The notes under the pieces are model-generated. The model searched no databases, was not told the origin of the DNA, and was given only the letters and a program-made list of their open reading frames with translations. Below, in pieces: positions 60,545 through 61,812 of a stretch of DNA of 61,812 bases. The position numbers were made by a program, and so were the translations under genes. Within the stretch, counting starts at the first letter, position 1. Every line of letters begins with the position of its first letter. The DNA is from a virus, in IMG/VR virus record IMGVR_UViG_3300045988_111035; one strand, written 5' to 3'.

Positions 60545-61360
60545 TTATGCGTCTGCGATAGCAGCCTCGATGTCCTCGTCTGACATTGCACTATCTGCCG
60601 TAGCACTCTCAGCCACTGCGTCAAGCTTAGACTTGTCTTCCTTTGACATCAAGCCGTCAACAGAGGATGAAGCCACTTGGTAGGTGGTGTTCTCCCAAGG
60701 AACATTGACGTATGCCTTGCCGTTTGCATCGACAGCCACAGGATAGTTCTTGCCTGTTGCGGAATAACCGAGCATAATACCACCAAGTACCGTGGTGGTA
60801 GCCTTTGGAAGAGTATAGTTGCTGAGACCGTTGAGCTTGGTCTTGTCTGAAGCCGACATGAGACCTGCGGCTGTTGTTGTGGCAGTAAGAAGGAGAACTG
60901 CCGTTCCTTGTGTGCCGTCTGCCTTGGTGTAAGGGATGCTTACGTTTGTCGCTGTGGTCGTAGGTGTGCCGATAGCACTGACGGCATCGGTCTTCTTGGC
61001 ATAGCCTGAGAGGTCTATGCTACCCTTGTATTCGCCCAGTTGCTCCCACTTACTCTCGTCATAGGCAGCGGAAACATCGCCAGTATATACATACTCCTTG
61101 TAGATGTTCTTGTCGCTTGTCTCATCGGACGGAATCATGTAGATATGTTTCTTGATGCCAGAGGTAGGAAGAGACATGACCACCTCCGCAACCGTTGTGT
61201 CAAGGTTGCCAAGCTGTGCCAATGGGATAAAGCCACTTGCATCAAGTGTAGCCACACCGTTCTTAGCACCCTTCTCCGTTGCTGATATGCGCTTTGCGTC
61301 CTCAGCCTTGACCTTTTTCCACAAGAGGGTGACACCCTTCGAATCTAAATACTTTGCCAT
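60545..61360 (-). CDS. Tail fibre/collar fibre protein
   Basis: The N-terminus is MAKYLDSKGVTLLWKKVK. AGLMSASDKTKLN lies at 60831..60869 and DGLMSKEDKSKLDA at about 60619..60658. Confidence 0.6.
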   Translation of the reverse strand: MAKYLDSKGVTLLWKKVKAEDAKRISATEKGAKNGVATLDASGFIPLAQLGNLDTTVAEVVMSLPTSGIKKHIYMIPSDETSDKNIYKEYVYTGDVSAAYDESKWEQLGEYKGSIDLSGYAKKTDAVSAIGTPTTTATNVSIPYTKADGTQGTAVLLLTATTTAAGLMSASDKTKLNGLSNYTLPKATTTVLGGIMLGYSATGKNYPVAVDANGKAYVNVPWENTTYQVASSSVDGLMSKEDKSKLDAVAESATADSAMSDEDIEAAIADA

Positions 61361-61377
61361 AATGAATAAAATTTAAA

Positions 61378-61762
61378 TTAATTATTGGTATTGTTAAAAA
61401 TATTATCTATATCGTCTTCCGTGATTGGCACACACCCACAAGTACAAGGCTCTATCTCGCCACCGCCTGTGTAAGTGCCATCCAAGATGGAAGCTATTAC
61501 CTCGTCCGCAATAGGAACGCAGCAAGGCTCAGTCTTGGCTATCTCGTCTAGTTCTTCGTCCGTGATGGGAAGGGCTACGCTTCCGTCTGCTTCAAGTAAC
61601 TCATAATCCTTTCCACCAGTCTTGATGAGCCTCTGAGCCTCCAAGTCACCTGTCACCACACCACCAGAACGTGGAACGAAGTCTTCCGTCAAGTCTTCTA
61701 CCAGCTCATCCTTAACTTCGGGGGAAAACTTATCCATAGAGACAGAACCATCCGCCAACTTG
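61378..61762 (-). CDS. Tail fibre-like protein, C-terminal part of the junction-spanning ORF
   Basis: It continues the xEKIADxSVTNIKLAD repeats (..KLADGSVSMDKFSPEV..) and ends in a Cys-rich tip (EPCCVPIADE...EPCTCGCVPI). Confidence 0.8.
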
Positions 61763-61812
61763 ATATTGGTAACGGACTTGTCGGCTATCTTTTCCGTAGT
61801 TACCGAATTGTC
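61763..61812. repeat. Terminal 50-bp direct repeat, copy 2 (circular-assembly overlap)
   Basis: Exact copy of bases 1-50. Confidence 0.9.

Overview
The window is a complete, circularly closed phage genome. Bases 1-50 are repeated exactly at 61763-61812, so the unique length is 61,762 bp, and a tail-fibre ORF reads in frame across the junction. It looks like a temperate, podovirus-like dsDNA phage of a Bacteroidota host: intergenic regions carry Bacteroides-type TAnnTTTG -7 boxes, core genes lack Shine-Dalgarno sequences, and no tube, sheath or tape-measure gene is recognisable.

Modules:
- Head and packaging (680-10187): adaptor candidate, major capsid protein, scaffold, a rhomboid-like protease, TerL and portal.
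- Ejection/internal proteins (10908-29546), dominated by one 5,596-aa polyvalent-type ORF that covers about 27% of the genome.
- Lysogeny (30219-33721): tyrosine integrase, four small membrane or secreted moron genes, and an XRE/CI-like repressor.
- Early/accessory genes on the plus strand (33868-46593): Xis-like HTH, C5-MTase, iteron-bearing replication initiator, VRR-NUC, an AT-rich SD-bearing foreign island with YopX, ASCH, PNK3P-type phosphatase and DUF4494.
- A plus-strand late operon (46678-51047).
- A minus-strand late block (51125-61762): u-spanin, GH19 endolysin, holin, N6-MTase, PI-PLC-like enzyme and three fibre genes.

Most notable observations:
- A TTGCGCAA palindrome sits at an invariant 29-nt spacing from the -7 box at five intergenic sites (seven promoter units).
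- More than 1 kb of the C5-MTase locus is open and protein-like in two frames.
- The giant ORF is a polyvalent-type protein.
- The SD-rich island carries several gene lesions.
- The N6-MTase has an in-frame TAG.

No rRNA, complete tRNA, CRISPR array or reverse transcriptase was seen.
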